Positions 1 through 14,004 of a DNA stretch of 64,000 nucleotides are shown in pieces. A program made the position numbers and the translations under genes. The notes beneath the pieces are model-generated. The model saw only the letters and a program-made list of their open reading frames with translations. It was not told the DNA's origin and made no database searches. The DNA comes from Eledone cirrhosa (Eukaryota). The stretch spans positions 15,810,001 through 15,874,000 of the forward strand of contig OZ024753.1 in NCBI GenBank assembly GCA_964016885.1, read 5' to 3'. Within the stretch, counting starts at the first letter, position 1. Each line of letters begins with the position of its first letter.

Positions 1-120
1 ATCTTGGCATTATCCCGCCGAAGTTGACTTTGCCTTTCATCCTTACGGGGTCGATAAAATAAAGTACCAGTAATACACTGGGTAATTGCTGGCCTTGTGC
101 CTAAAGTAGAAACAATTATT
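1..120 (+). mobile_element. Meta-like SINE, 3' part
   Basis: GTTGACTTTGCCTTTCATCCTTACGGGGTCGATAAAATAAAGTACCAGT...GCTGGCCTTGTGCCTAAAGTAGAAACAATTATT. The same sequence recurs at 11073, 12550, 14005, 43795, 54949 and 61200. Family name is from memory of the Meta domain. Confidence 0.75.
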
Positions 121-315
121 CACTAAGGAACTCCACTATTACCTACATTCCTACTCCTTGCTTACTTCTTTGCCCACTTATTCCTTGTAGGGTCTTGAAG
201 GCAGAGTCCTCAAGTACTTCTAGCAGGTCCTGTCAGAAGCAACCATCTAGGGTCAGCTAACAGGCGGTTATGGCACAAACAGGGGTTTTCTCCAACACAG
301 TGCTTCATTAAACTG

Positions 316-640
316 TCTTCTTCTTCTTTGCCCACTTATTCCTGAGAGGGTCATGCGGGCAGAGCCCTCAAACACTCCTTCCAGTGGGTCCTGTCAGAAG
401 CAACCACCTCCAACTGATCTGGCTGGATCTCTAAGCGAGACCAGCCAAGCTCAAAGATGTTATCCAACAGTCTTGCTTGGGTCTACCCCTGTCTCCCCTG
501 CCAGTTGGTTTTGCCCATAAAATCTGTCCAGTGATTCTTTCTTCAGACATTCTAACCACATGTCCATAGTATCGGAGCTGTTATCTCTTAATTCGGAGAA
601 AGAGCAGCTCTACCTGGAGTGACTCTCTCATCTGTTTCAT
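316..640 (-). mobile_element. RTE-clade LINE 3' fragment with (GAA)n tail
   Basis: Minus-strand translation gives QLRYYGHVVRMSEERITGQILWAKP..RGRP, the RTE ORF2 C-terminus. A diverged duplicate of its tail lies at ~166-248. Confidence 0.7.
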
Positions 641-791
641 ACAAAATAATCCTTGCTTACAAAAAGGATAATTATAAATTAGATATCAAGTTAATAGGAA
701 CGATCGACTTTCGTCAAATCGGACCGAGGGAACAATGTTTCCGTTGGTCTTTCCAATTGCTAATACTATCTATCGATCACAACTCCAGGTA

Positions 792-916
792 GAAGGAGCA
801 ACGTGAAATAAAGTGTCTTGCTCAAAGACATAACGCATCGCCTGGTCCAGGAATCGAACTCACAACCTTACGATTGCGAATCCAATTCTCTAAACACTCA
901 GCCACATGTCTTCACA
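792..916 (-). mobile_element. tRNA/CORE-type SINE head
   Basis: Reverse complement has A/B-box-like TGGCTGAGTG and GAGTTCGATTCC, then GAGCAAGACACTTTATTTCAC, shared with other SINE copies. Confidence 0.7.
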
Positions 917-1135
917 AGTTAAAAGATGGTGGAAGGGCAGAAGAGTTAGAGACTCCAACAAAACACTTTGTAATTAGAAGTGATTAAAAACCTAAACAAT
1001 GAATATAAAGAGTTAAAACAAAATATTTCAAATATAAATATTTCTCTGAATATAAAATCTGGAACACCAGGAACTAATTTAGATTGGTTAATTTACGGAA
1101 CATTTCTTGGCATGGAAAAAACAAAAGGGATCTTA

Positions 1136-1179
1136 TATTCACTGATGAGTGTCTTATAAGACTGAAACATTTATGAATA
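1136..1179 (+). ncRNA. Minimal type-I hammerhead ribozyme motif
   Basis: TATTCA-CTGATGA-(GT GTCT TATA AGAC T)-GAAA-CATT-TA-TGAATA. Perfect 6-bp stem I, intact core, 1-bp stem III. Confidence 0.65.
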
Positions 1180-1609
1180 AAACATTGTTTTAATTCTTTC
1201 TATGATTGTTTGAACATAATGCATCACCCAGTACAGGAATTGAACTTACAACCTCATGATTGGGAATCTAATTCTCTAACCACTAAGCCACACACCTTCA
1301 CTGAAATAAGTACAAGATTAAAAGAATCTGTATCAAACTCTCTGTTTTCCAGAAAGACGCACAAGATACATCTAGTTAGATGATAGTATAACACTAAGAT
1401 AGTCATTCTTAGTTTGTATTGGCTACATTTTCCTTCTAGCTTTAGTATTTAGTCCTTTATGTGTGTGTGTACAGGGGGGAAAACAAACTGGTAAGTCAGC
1501 CACGGGTAGACGCTGAGCAAGATGGTTGGATAACATCCATGAGCTCGGTTGCTTCTGAAGGAGAGTTTGAAAACTCTGCCCATGACCCTTTCAGGAATAA
1601 GTGAGCAGG

Positions 1610-2405
1610 AGCAGGAGAGAAGCAGACAGGTCTTTTTCAGCCCAGCATCTCTCCACACACTGTATTCCTTCGTCATCTCCACTGAGAGTCTCAGCAATTT
1701 GAGGTCAGATCTCACCACCTCTGCCCATGTCTTCCTTCGTCTACCCCTACTGAGATTTCCTTCCACTGGGATTTCCTGGCACTTCTTCCCCCATCAATCA
1801 TCATCATCATCATCGTTTTACGTCCACTTTTCCCTGCTTGCAAGGGGGGGGACGGGAACTGATTCTGGCATGATTTCTACAGCTGGATGCCCTTTCTAAC
1901 ACCAACCTCATTTACAGTGAGTGCTGGGTGCTGTTTTGCCGTGGCACCTCCACGTCCACTTTGCAGTGTGGGCTGGGTGCTTTTTTGCCGTGGCACCTCC
2001 ACATCCACTTTGCAGTGGAATGATAGGGACTCCAGTCCTATCATCTCATTTCTACAGCTGAGTAAACTGGAGCAATGTGAAATAAAGTGTCTTGCTCAAG
2101 GAAACAACACATCACCCGGTCTGAGAATTGAACTCACAACCTTTCGATTGCAAGGCCAATGCTCTAACCACTAAGCCATGTGCCTCCATATCATCATCCA
2201 AATCCATCACATGTTCATACCAATGCAGTTTTCTCTCTTACACACCACCTCAGATTCCTCTAAAACCCAGTTTCTCCCTCAGTTCATCTAAGCTCTGCCT
2301 TTCTCTCACATTTACAATGCAGACCTAACAAAGTATGGTTACTTCACTTCTCTCCAACCTACATGTCCTAATCAGTCACTGCCCGTGTTTCACTTCCATG
2401 CAGCA
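1610..2405 (-). mobile_element. RTE LINE 3' fragment interrupted by a SINE
   Basis: ORF 1449-1766 contains RGRRRKTWAEVVRSDL..WRDA..KKT. Homology to the 29100-29400 copy resumes after 2190. Confidence 0.8.
1791..2189 (-). mobile_element. Composite tRNA-CORE SINE, tail type B
   Basis: Head GGAGGCACATGGCTTAGTGGTTAG, CORE-like block, LINE-derived body, tail CTTGCAAGCAGGGAAAAGTGGACGTAAAACG(ATG)n. Inserted at an ATCATCATC site. Confidence 0.85.
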
Positions 2406-2829
2406 TTCTAGGCAGGATTACATGTACATGTAAAAACAGAAGCAAAAAAAAAGAAGCACCCGGCCCACACTGTCAATGTGGTTTGCATGAGGAAGGGCAT
2501 CCAGCTGTAGAAAACCAGCCAGAAACACCCCTATATGGGTGAGACACGGTCACCCGACACAACTTGCCTCAAAATGGGACCCATCTAACCCATGCTAGCG
2601 TGGAAGATGGACATTAATGATGATGATGTGTCTATGGAATACTCAGCCGATAGATTATTTCATGAGTCAGACATTCTGTTGAATGAGATGATTTTAAAAA
2701 TAATCAAGAATATGTTAAGATTTAGAAATATAATTCAATTTCTCATTATTAAGCTAGTGTTTGGAGCATAGCTTGAAGGTTCTTTCATAAAATTACAAGG
2801 AAACGTTCTTAAATATAACTTTAAACTAG

Positions 2830-5078
2830 TCATTACCATACTTCTAATGAAAGGCACTGTCTGTCATTAACCCTTACATTACCATATTTCTAATGAAAGA
2901 CACTGTCTGTCATTAACCCTTTCATTACCATATATCTAATGAAAGACACTGTCTATGTCATTAACCCTTCCATTGCCATATTTCTAATGAAAGACACTGT
3001 CTATGTCATTAACCCTTTCATTACAATATTTCTAATGAAAGACACTGTCTATGTCTTTAACCCTTTCATTACCATATTTCTAATGAAAGACACTGTCTAT
3101 GTTATTAACCCTTTCATTGCCATATTTGTAATGAAAGACACTGTCTATGTCATTAACCCTTTCATTACAATATTTCTAATGAAAGACACTGTCTATGTCA
3201 TTAACCCTTTCATTACCATATTTCTAATGAAAGACACTGTCTATGATATTAACCCTTTCATTGCCATATTTCTAATGAAAGACACTCTCTATGTCATTAA
3301 CCCTTTCATTACCATATTACTAATGAAAGACACTGTCTATGTCATTAACCCTTTCATTACCATATTTCTAATGAAAGACACTGTCTATGTTATTAACCCT
3401 TTCATTGCCATATTTCTAATGAAAGACACTGTCTATGTCATTAACCCTTTCATTACAATATTTCTAATGAAAGACACTGTCTATGTTATTAACCCTTTCA
3501 TTGCCATATTTCTAATGAAAGACACTGTCTATGTCATTAACCCTTTCATTACAATATTTCTAATGAAAGACACTGTCTACGTCATTAACCCTTTCATTAC
3601 CATATTTCTAATGAAAGACACTGTCTATGTCATTAACCCTTTCATTACCATATTTCTAATGAAAGACACTGTCTATGTTATTAACCCTTTCATTGCCATA
3701 TTTCCAATGAAAGACACTCTCTATGTCATTAACCCTTTCATTACCATATTTCTAATGAAAGACACTGTCTATGTCTTTAACCCTTTCATTACCATATTTC
3801 TAATGAAAGACACTGTCTATGTTATTAACCCTTTCATTGCCATATTTCTAATGAAAGACACTGTCTATGTCATTAACCCTTTCAGTACCATATTTCTAAT
3901 GAAAGGCACTGTCTATGTCTTTAACCCTTTCATTGACATATTTCTAATGAAACACACTGTCTATGTCATTAACCCTTTCATTACCATATTTCTAATGAAA
4001 GACACAGTCTATGTCATTAACCCTTTCATTACCATATTTCAAATGAAAGACACTGTCTATATCTGTAACCCTTTCATTGCCATATTTCTAATGAAACACA
4101 CTGTCTATGTCATTAACCCTTTCATTACCATATTTCTAATGAAAGACACTGTCTATGTCATTAACCCTTTCATTACCATATTTCTAATGAAAGACACTGT
4201 CTATGTCATTAACCCTTCCATTACCATATTTCTAATGAAAGACACTGTCTATGTCATTAACCCTTTCATTAACATATTTCTAATGAAAGACACTGCCTAT
4301 GTCATTAATCCTTTCATTACCATATTTCAAATGAAAGACACTCTCTATGTCATTAACCCTTTCATTACCATATTTCTAATGAAAGACACTGCCTATGTCA
4401 TTAATCCTTTCATTACCATATTTCTAATGAAAGACACTCTCTAGACACTCTCTATGTCATTAACCCTTTCATTACCATATTTCTAATGAAAGACACTGCC
4501 TATGTCATTAATCCTTTCATTACCATATTTCTAATGAAAGACTCTGCCTATGTCATTAACCCTTTCATTACCATATTTCTAATGAAAGACACTGTCTATG
4601 TCATTAACCCTTCCATTGCTATATTTCTAATGAAAGATACTGTCTATGTCATTAACCCTTCCAATACAATATTTCTAATGAAAGACACTGTCTATGTCAT
4701 TAACCATTTCAATACCATATTTCTAATGAAAGACACTGTCTATGTCATTAACCCTTCCATTGACATATTTCTAATGAAAGACACTGTCTATGTCATAAAC
4801 CCTTTCATTACCATATTTCTAATGAAAGACACTGTCTATGTCATTAATCCTTTCATTACCATATTTCTATTGAAAGACACTGTCTATGTCATTAACCCTT
4901 CCATTGCCATATTTCTAATGAAAGACACTGTCTATGTCATTAACCCTTCCATTACAATATTTCTAATGAAAGACACTGTCTATGTCATTAACCTTTCCAT
5001 TGCCATATTTCTAATGAAAAACACTGTCTATGTCATTAACCCTTTCATTAACATATTTCTAATGAAAGACATTGTCTA
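2830..5078. repeat. 48-bp minisatellite, ~46 copies
   Basis: Unit ATGAAAGACACTGTCTATGTCATTAACCCTTTCATTACCATATTTCTA. It generates the spurious (MKDTVYVINPFITIFL)n ORFs. Confidence 0.97.
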
Positions 5079-5506
5079 TAATTTTGTAAAATATTTTTTA
5101 AATAATCAAGAATTTGGAGAGATTTAATAATGAAAGCAATATTTTCATTGTTAAGTTAGTGTTTTAAGCATTACTTAAAGTTTGTTACATAAAATTTTAA
5201 TGGAAGGCTTTTAGATATATATAGTCTTTAAATAAACAGTTTTTCAGCAAATAAGCAGGCAGATTCATAGCAAAAATATGAAATGCTATCAGCAAATATG
5301 AAAGGTCTTCTAAGTGCAATGAAGACATATGTATCTAAATATACCATCAAATTCTCTTTATCTATACATTTACGTCACTTCTCTATAGTGGGAACAATAG
5401 AACTACTTTGTAATATTCTTACTGAATTGTCACGAACCGTAGAGGAATACATTGACAAAATTTATGAACATGTCTATACATATCTACATACATACACACA
5501 TACACA

Positions 5507-5545
<39 letters not shown>

Positions 5546-5777
5546 TTGATAGACATGCAAGCATAAATAGATGCCTGCATTTATGTCTACCTACCTGTAT
5601 GTATGCATATATGTTTACTATATCTACTTATCGCTATGTATATCTTTGCGAATGTGTGTATCTATATATATGTGTGTGTGGGTGCACCCTATATATACAT
5701 TGACATTCATACATAAAGGCATGTATAAATGAATGCAGTGCATATAGTCTGCCTGAGTTTACCAAAGGAGTAAATCT

Positions 5778-6127
5778 GTGGTGGTGGTGGTGTGGTGGTG
5801 GTGGTGGTGGTGGTGGTAGTGGTGGTGGTGGTGGTGGTGGTGGTGGTGGTGGTGGTGGTGGTGGTGGTGGTGGTAGTGGTGGTAGTGGTGGTGGTGGTGG
5901 TGGTGGTAGTAGTGGTGGTGGTGGTGGTGGTGGTGGTGGGTAGTGGTGGTGGTGGTGGTAGTGGTGGTGGTGGTAGTGGTGGTGGTGGTGGTAGTGGTGG
6001 TAGTGGTGGTGGTGGTGGTAGTGGTGGTGGTGGTGGTAGTGGTGGTGGTGGTAGTGGTGATAGTGGTGGTGGTGGTGGTGGTGGTGGTGGTGGTGGTGGT
6101 GGTGGTGGTGGTGGTGGGTGGTGGTAG
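5778..6127. repeat. (GGT)n microsatellite with AGT interruptions
   Basis: Direct reading. Confidence 0.97.
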
Positions 6128-6234
6128 TGGACAAGAGTGGTATACAGGTTTCGGAGCAAATAGATGGGCCATTTGATAAGTAGAATGAATAAATTAATTA
6201 AATAAATAGTACATTACACGTGTGGTCAAATGCA

Positions 6235-6281
<47 letters not shown>

Positions 6282-6406
6282 TTGTAGTAAGGTTTCTTGG
6301 ATGCATCCATAGGCGGTAAGTCAGTTGAGCACTCTATGTTCTTTCAGAGCAGAGTATAATATTATGGAAGACGAAGAATCAGTGATGCATCAAAACACAA
6401 TTTATT

Positions 6407-6499
6407 ACGTATTACAATTGTTTCTCCGGCAAACAGCTTGAGGTGCGCTCTATTTGTGGGTCGAACCTGACTCTGGATTTGCAAGTTCCTCAGATACAT
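6407..6499 (-). ncRNA. Type-I hammerhead motif, long stem II
   Basis: ATGTAT-CTGAGGA-A CTTGCAAAT...GTTTGCCGG A-GAAA-CAATTG-TA-ATACGT. 6-bp stem I, palindromic stem III, GUA triplet. Confidence 0.7.
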
Positions 6500-7011
6500 C
6501 TAGCGACTTTGAGGCAAATCTTCTGTCTGATGTATTCTGTCCCTTTGAATATCCCCCATCTGCCATCATCCTGTTTACGCGGGCCATCCATTGGTCAAGA
6601 GTTGTCATCTGTATGTTTGACCATTCAAAACTGCCCACTGTCTATTTCCATTCGGGCGTGAGCTGTCACTCCCCTTAATTCTGTCACCAGAATTACTGCT
6701 ACATGGGCGAGGGCTTCTGATCTGCCTTGCCTGTCTCGAGTTTACCCGTACCTCCACATACACACACCCACATATACATGTATATATTTCTGTGTGGGTG
6801 CCTGTAGGCGTATGAGAGTGTATATATGTGTGCGCACATGTGTCTGTCTGTGTGTACGTCTGTGGGTTGTGTGTATGCACGGATGTATGCAAGTATGTAC
6901 ACCTAAACCTGTGCAAGAGTGCTCGTCAGGATATATATATACACACACACAATTGCGAGTGTCTGTAATTATGTGTGTACGTGTGTCTATGTCCATGTGT
7001 GTGTACATATG

Positions 7012-7044
<33 letters not shown>

Positions 7045-7306
7045 ATAAGAGATAAAATATCGTTATAGGTAATCCAGTAGAGGTTGTGAATACTCTGTAT
7101 TGTGGATAGTTTTAGTGTACGGCATTGGTTGACTCAACTAGGGGTTTACGTAGGGTTTACGCAAGGGTTTACGTAGGGTTTACATAGGTGGCGAGTTTAT
7201 GAGTTCTCTTGCATTCTTATGCAATTTTTAGACAACTTAATCAGTGAAACAATTGTTAGACTGTAAATAAAACCCTTTTTTATACTATATATATATATAT
7301 ATATAT

Positions 7307-7346
<40 letters not shown>

Positions 7347-7993
7347 ACGTTTAACGTCCGTGTTCCACGCTTGCATGGGTTTGGACGGGGGTAGTCCCAC
7401 TTGAGGCAAGAGTGATTGTCTTGCTCGCATAGGACTGTCTGGCAGGTTTTCTACAGTTGGATGCCCTTCCTAACACCAACCACATTTACAGTGTGGGTCT
7501 GGGAGGTTTTTACCATGTTGCCTACACGGCCACATTACAGCGTGGACTGTGTGTTTTTTTGTCGTGACACCTACACGATCTCATTTGTTTCGGCCTCGAT
7601 GGCGCGGCACCAACATAACTTTACATAGAACGGGGTGGTGTGGATCGGGTGGGGGTGGTGGGACGGGGTGTATTTTGTTAGAGATGCCTACTGGCTGGAG
7701 TAGGTTTTACTATATATTTAGGTAAGGCGGGTCTTCTCTGTTACTGAGTACCGCCAAAGGTCTCGGTCCAGTGACATTGTCTTGGAGAGGTGTAAGTGTG
7801 TGATGTCGGAGTTTATCAGCTCGTCCAGGTTTTTCTAGGTCTGCCTATTCCGTGACTACCGTCTATCTTTATTGCCCTGCACTTTGTTATACAGCTATCG
7901 ACTTTCATGCGCATCACGTGTCCATACCAACGTAGCCTTCTCTCGAGTAAACAACATCTGATCCCTCTTATCTCTAATTTATTCCTTAGTTCG
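7307..7993 (-). mobile_element. RTE LINE family A 3' fragment
   Basis: Reverse complement of 25590-26248 including the (GAT)n tail. Confidence 0.9.
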
Positions 7994-8000
7994 TGATAAG

Positions 8001-9190
<1,190 letters not shown>

Positions 9191-9265
9191 AAATATAAAT
9201 ATATGAGTAGGCTTGGATGTGTGCCTGTGTACGCGGGGGTATATGTATGTATGTGTGTGTATATA

Positions 9266-9304
<39 letters not shown>

Positions 9305-9720
9305 GTGTACATGTGTGTGTATATCTGTGTATACATGTACCTATGTATGAGGGTGTGAATATATGTATGTATACGTGTATGCGCGGGTGTGTGTGTACAT
9401 GTCCACACAAATACGTGTGTGATCGGAGTTCTGAGCATCTGTGTGTGAGCACATGTATATGTGGGTGTGTGTATGTCAAGGTACGGGTAAACTCAGGACA
9501 GGCAAGGCAGATCAGAACCCCTTGCATGTAGCAGTAATTCTGGTGACAGAATTAACGCCCGAATGGAAATAGACAGTGGGCAGTTTTGAATGGTCAAACA
9601 TACAGATGACGACTCAAACTCTTGACCAATGGATGGGCCGCATAAACAGGATGATGGCAGATGGAGGAAATTCAAAGGGACAGATTACATCAGACAGAAG
9701 ATTTGCCTCGAAGTCGCTAG

Positions 9721-9814
9721 ATGTATCTGAGGAACTTGCAAATCCAGAGTCAGGTTCGATCCACAAATAGAGCGCACCTCAAGCTGTTTGCCGGAGAAAA
9801 CAATTGTAATACGT
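9721..9814 (+). ncRNA. Type-I hammerhead motif (inverted partner of 6407-6499; extra A in GAAAA)
   Basis: ATGTAT-CTGAGGA-...-GAAAA-CAATTG-TA-ATACGT. Confidence 0.62.
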
Positions 9815-10264
9815 TAATATATATATATATACTGTAGTAAATGTTTCATAGAAAGGTAAGAGCACAGAGTCTATAAAATCTGTTTAGTATAAATAATTAC
9901 AACATTGACATATACTTAAGTACCTGTTTATGTCACTGTTGTAATTAGTTATATATATATATATAACTCTTTAGTATAAACATTATATGATCATATAAAG
10001 TTTAAATAATACTAAAGAGTTAAAGCATTTGTATAACTACCCCCATGGATCTCTGGAATTTTACCTGCCCTAGATATATATATATATATATATAGGGTGA
10101 AAGCAAAAAATTCTTAAACTTTAATCTGTACTAATAATAAATATTTGCTCTACAGGTTTTTATATACTTATATATACAATCCTTATCGAGCTCTCTTCAG
10201 ATTTTGGTCTTTTATTATTACTGTAATAGTAATATATGCAAATGGCAAAGCATAAACAAATTGA

Positions 10265-10812
10265 GAGAGAGACTAAACATAAGAGGAATTAAATGCTGTG
10301 TGCAGGAGAGGAGATTGCATTGGTATGGACATGTGATAACAGCTGCATAAAACGGTGCAGAGCACTAGAAGTCGATGGAAGCCTTGGAGTGGGGAGACCC
10401 AAGAAGACCTGGGATGAGGTGATAAAAGCTGACCTTGCACAATTACACCTCTCAAAGGTGATGACACAGGACCGAGACCTCTGGCGTTACGCAGTAATAC
10501 AGAAGACCCGACCCCCCCCCCCACGGGTACAAGCCGAAGCTGAAGCATATAGATAGTATGCTCCCACCCCCTCCCACTGCAAAGTGGTGGTGGAGGTGTC
10601 ACGACAAAAAGCACCCAGCCCACACTGTAAAGTGGTCATGGTGGCGCCACAGTAAAAAAGCACCCAGTACTCACTGTAAATGAGGTTGGTGTTAAGAAGG
10701 GCATCCAGCTGTAGAAATCAAGCCAGAATCAGTTCCTGTATGAGCAAGACATGGTCACCTGACCGGGCATTGCCCACAACAGGACAATCCGTCAAACCCA
10801 TGTTAGCGTGGA
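10265..10812 (+). mobile_element. RTE LINE family C 3' fragment with 3'UTR
   Basis: GVGRPKKTWDEVIKADL..DRDLWRYAVIQKTRP, then a UTR that matches the SINE body and tail type C. Confidence 0.85.
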
Positions 10813-10814
10813 TG

Positions 10815-11035
10815 TGGAAGACAGAAACAATACCTATAATAATTGGTGCTCTGGGAATGATAGAAAAACACAGACAGATACATAACCAAAACTCCAGGAC
10901 TTACAAATATATACAACATACATATAATATTATTACATATATATTACAAATAGTACTCTCAATACAATAGAAACACACACTGTACATACCCAAGTTGCAG
11001 AGAGCTGCACTCGGTAATGCAGTGATAATGTGCAA

Positions 11036-11073
<38 letters not shown>
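10815..11073 (+). mobile_element. R4/Dong LINE 3' fragment ending in (TAA)n
   Basis: ETIPIIIGALGMI motif, homologous to TIPVVIGALGMI at ~12270. Confidence 0.7.
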
Positions 11074-11074
<1 letters not shown>

Positions 11075-11257
11075 TGTTTCTACTTTAGGCACAAGGCCAG
11101 CAATAAATCAGTACATTACTGGTACTTTATTTTATCGACCCCGTAAGGATGAAAGGCAAAGTTAACCTCGGCGGGATTTGAACTCAGACTGTAAAGGTAC
11201 GTAACTATGCTAGAAAACATGGCGTCCAACTTCTACCGATACTGCAATTCACCGCCC
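11073..11257 (-). mobile_element. Meta-like SINE, full length, embedded in (TAA)n
   Basis: Reverse complement of 54949-55138. Confidence 0.85.
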
Positions 11258-11334
11258 TAATAATAATAATAATAATGATTCATTTATGTGGCTAATAAAT
11301 GAAATTATTATTATTATTATTATTATTATAATTG

Positions 11335-12552
11335 GAGGCAGATACAGATAGAATATATCAGGGAAAGAAGGAGAACATCTATTAATCCAGTTAGATATTT
11401 CTTTGAAAACTGCAACAATTGGATTATCTTCATATCTAAGGGAAGCACATAATTGGATGATCAAACTCGTTTTGAAACATGAAAGCAACAAAAGATCATA
11501 CTCCATTACAAAAGATGCACATAGATACAATAATGAACCACAAATTTCAGAAGTTCCATTTACTGCTGAAATGAAAAACACAGAAAGAGCAAAGCAGGTA
11601 AAAGTAACTGCAAAGAAATAACTGCTACAGAAACTGGCTAAGAAATGGCAAGAAAAGCCTCTGTATGGAAAATACCCAGAAAGAACTAACATTCCTGATG
11701 TTGACAAAACTTTAACCCATCAGTGGTTGGCATCCTCTGGACTGAAATCGGAGACTGAAGGACTGATTATATCAGCACAAGATCAGTGTCTGCCAACAAA
11801 AAATTACCAAGCCAACATAATAAAAGATGGATGCGACACATTATGCCGTGTATGTAAAAAACAACCAGAGACCATTGATCAAATGTGCAGTCCTATAGCT
11901 CCAACCGAATACCTAAACAGGCATGACAGAGCTGCACAACACATACATTGGCTAATGTGTAAGCATTTTGACATGTCCAATCAAAAGAATTGGTGGGGTC
12001 ATCAACTTCCTCCCATACTTGAAAAAGGTTGTATCTCAATTTTATGGAACTGTAGTGTCCAGGCTGAAAAATAGATGCAAATAGACCTGATATAACACTG
12101 AAGGCCTTTAAACAGAGGGCATACCTGCTAATTGACATAACTGTTCCTATAGACAAGAATGTATCTATAAAAACATTTGATACATTCTTGTCTAGAGGAA
12201 CGAACATTTGAGCAAGTATAAGGACCTGGAGACAGAGATTGGAAAAATGTGGAAGTTGAGAACTAATACAATACCAGTGGTTATAGGCGCTCTAGGAATG
12301 ATACCTAAGGGCTCCAATGATTACTTATCCCAAATGCCAGGAAACTCACATATAAAAGAAATACAAAAGATAGTACTAACGGGAACTGCTCATATACTAA
12401 GGAAGATTCTGTCACTATAAGTATATCACAAGTCTAAACACCTAAAGATTCATGTGTATGTATTGAATATGGCGGACCTTGTTGTCTCATGAGGTCACTA
12501 TGACTTGGTGATAACTAATATGAACATAAAGCAAGATAAATGAAATAATAAT
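11335..12552 (+). mobile_element. R4/Dong-clade (RLE) LINE, 3' part, degraded
   Basis: LKSETEGLIISAQDQ, zinc-finger-like CRVC..ET..YLNRHD, RPDI and KYKDL endonuclease motifs, IQKIVLTGTAHILRK. Flanked by TAA/TTA repeats. Confidence 0.9.
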
Positions 12553-12840
12553 TGTCGCTACTTTTGGCACAAGGCCAACATTTGCCCAGTGCATTACTGG
12601 TACTTTATTTTATCGACTCTGTAAGGATGAAAAGCCTAGTTAGCCTTGGCGGGATTTTAACTCAGACCGTAAAGGGACGTAACTCTATGCTAGAAAGCAT
12701 GGCGTCCAACTCTCTACCGATACTGCCAATCCACCAACAATAATAATTGTTTCTACTTTTGGCACAAGGCCAGCAATTACCCCAGTACATTACTGGTACT
12801 TTATTTTATCGACTCTGTAAGGATGAAAGGCAAAGTTAAT
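12550..12840 (-). mobile_element. Two tandem Meta-like SINE copies
   Basis: Repeated GGCACAAGGCCA...TACTGGTACTTTATTTTATCGAC...GGATGAAA blocks. Confidence 0.8.
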
Positions 12841-13006
12841 GAGTAGTAACGAGGTATCAATATAACAACATTGTGTCTCTTCATGTGTGACATGTGTTTC
12901 ATGATCGATCAGCTTAAGGAACAATCAGTATTGATCACACCCAACTTTGGAATTGATGGCTGATCAGACTTGTGGATTCCTTGATGATGGAGAATATGTA
13001 CATATA

Positions 13007-13767
13007 TGTGTGTGTGTGTGAGAGAGAGAGTGTGTGTGTGTGAGAGAGAGAGTGTGTGTGTGTGAGGAGAGAGTGTGTGTGTGTGAGTGTGTGAGTGAGT
13101 GAGAGAGAGTGTGCAATTGTGTGTGTGAGAGTGTGAGTGTATGAGTGAGTGAGAGAGAGTGTGCAATTGTGTGTGTGAGAGAGTGTGTGAGAGTGTGTGA
13201 GTGAGTGTGTGTGTGAGAGAGTGTGTGTGAGAGTGTGTGTGTGAGTGCGAGTGAGAGAGTGGTGTATGTGTGAGTGAGTGAATGTGAGTGAGTGTGTGTG
13301 AGTGAGTCAGTGTGTGTGTCAGTGAGTGAGTGTGAGTGTGAGAGAGTGAGTGTGTGTGTGTGTGAGTGTGAGTGAGAGAGTGAGCGATTGTGAGTGTGTG
13401 TGTGTGTGAGTGAGTCAGTGGGTGAGTCAGTGAGTGTGTGTGTGTGTGAGTGAGTCAGTGTGAGTGTGAGTGTGTGTGTGTGTGTGAGTGTGTGTGAGAT
13501 AGTGAATGTGAGTGTGAGTGAGTGTGAGTGAGCGATTGTGAGTGTGTATGTGTGAGTGAGTCAGTGTGTGTGTGTGTGTGAGTGTGTGAGTGTGAGTGTG
13601 TGTGTGTGTGTGAGTGTGTGTGAGATAGTGAATGTGAGTGTGAGTGAGAGAGTGTGAGTGAGCGATTGTGAGTGTGTGTGTGTGAATGTGAGTGAGTGCG
13701 TGTGCATGTGGGAATGAGTGTGTATGTGTGTGTGTGAGAGAGAGAGAGTAAGTGAGTGAGTGAGTGA

Positions 13768-13806
<39 letters not shown>

Positions 13807-13835
13807 TGTGTGTGCATGTGTGTGTGTGTGTGTGT
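13007..13835. repeat. Compound (TG)/(AG) microsatellite with internal ~120-bp duplications
   Basis: Direct reading. Markers GAGCGATTGTGAG and GAGATAGTGAATG recur. Confidence 0.93.
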
Positions 13836-14004
13836 CGAACAATGAAATCAAAAGCCAAAGTTTATTGTTTAATCAGTTCATTCTATAACAATTGTTTCAT
13901 GATAAATCAATACCATAACTAATCAATAGTAGTTCAATAACTCTGTATTATTAGTCTTATACTATAGATCTATCTTACTGTCTTTGCTGGAATTACTTTG
14001 GGAT

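Noticed and set aside
930-1020. GIY-YIG C-terminal relic upstream of the 1136 hammerhead
   Set aside because: Only a vague KHF..KPK resemblance with stops, not distinguishable from chance.
2939-5127. 501-aa and 213-aa repetitive ORFs
   Set aside because: They arise from a 48-bp (3n) stop-free minisatellite. There is no unique domain or splice context.
5634-6176. Poly-His/Pro/Thr/Val ORFs (also 54079-54774, 60250-61200 and the YI/HT/CV repeat ORFs)
   Set aside because: Translations of microsatellites.
7139-7188. Telomere-like TAGGGTTTACG repeats or G-quadruplex
   Set aside because: Only four 11-12-bp units, not TTAGGG, with long loops. Insufficient support.
7195-7262. Hammerhead 3' half GAAACAATTGTT (similar relics at ~13885 and ~29600-29685 on the minus strand)
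   Set aside because: The CUGANGA core or cleavage triplet is not intact and stems cannot be closed. Probably decayed relics, so not called.
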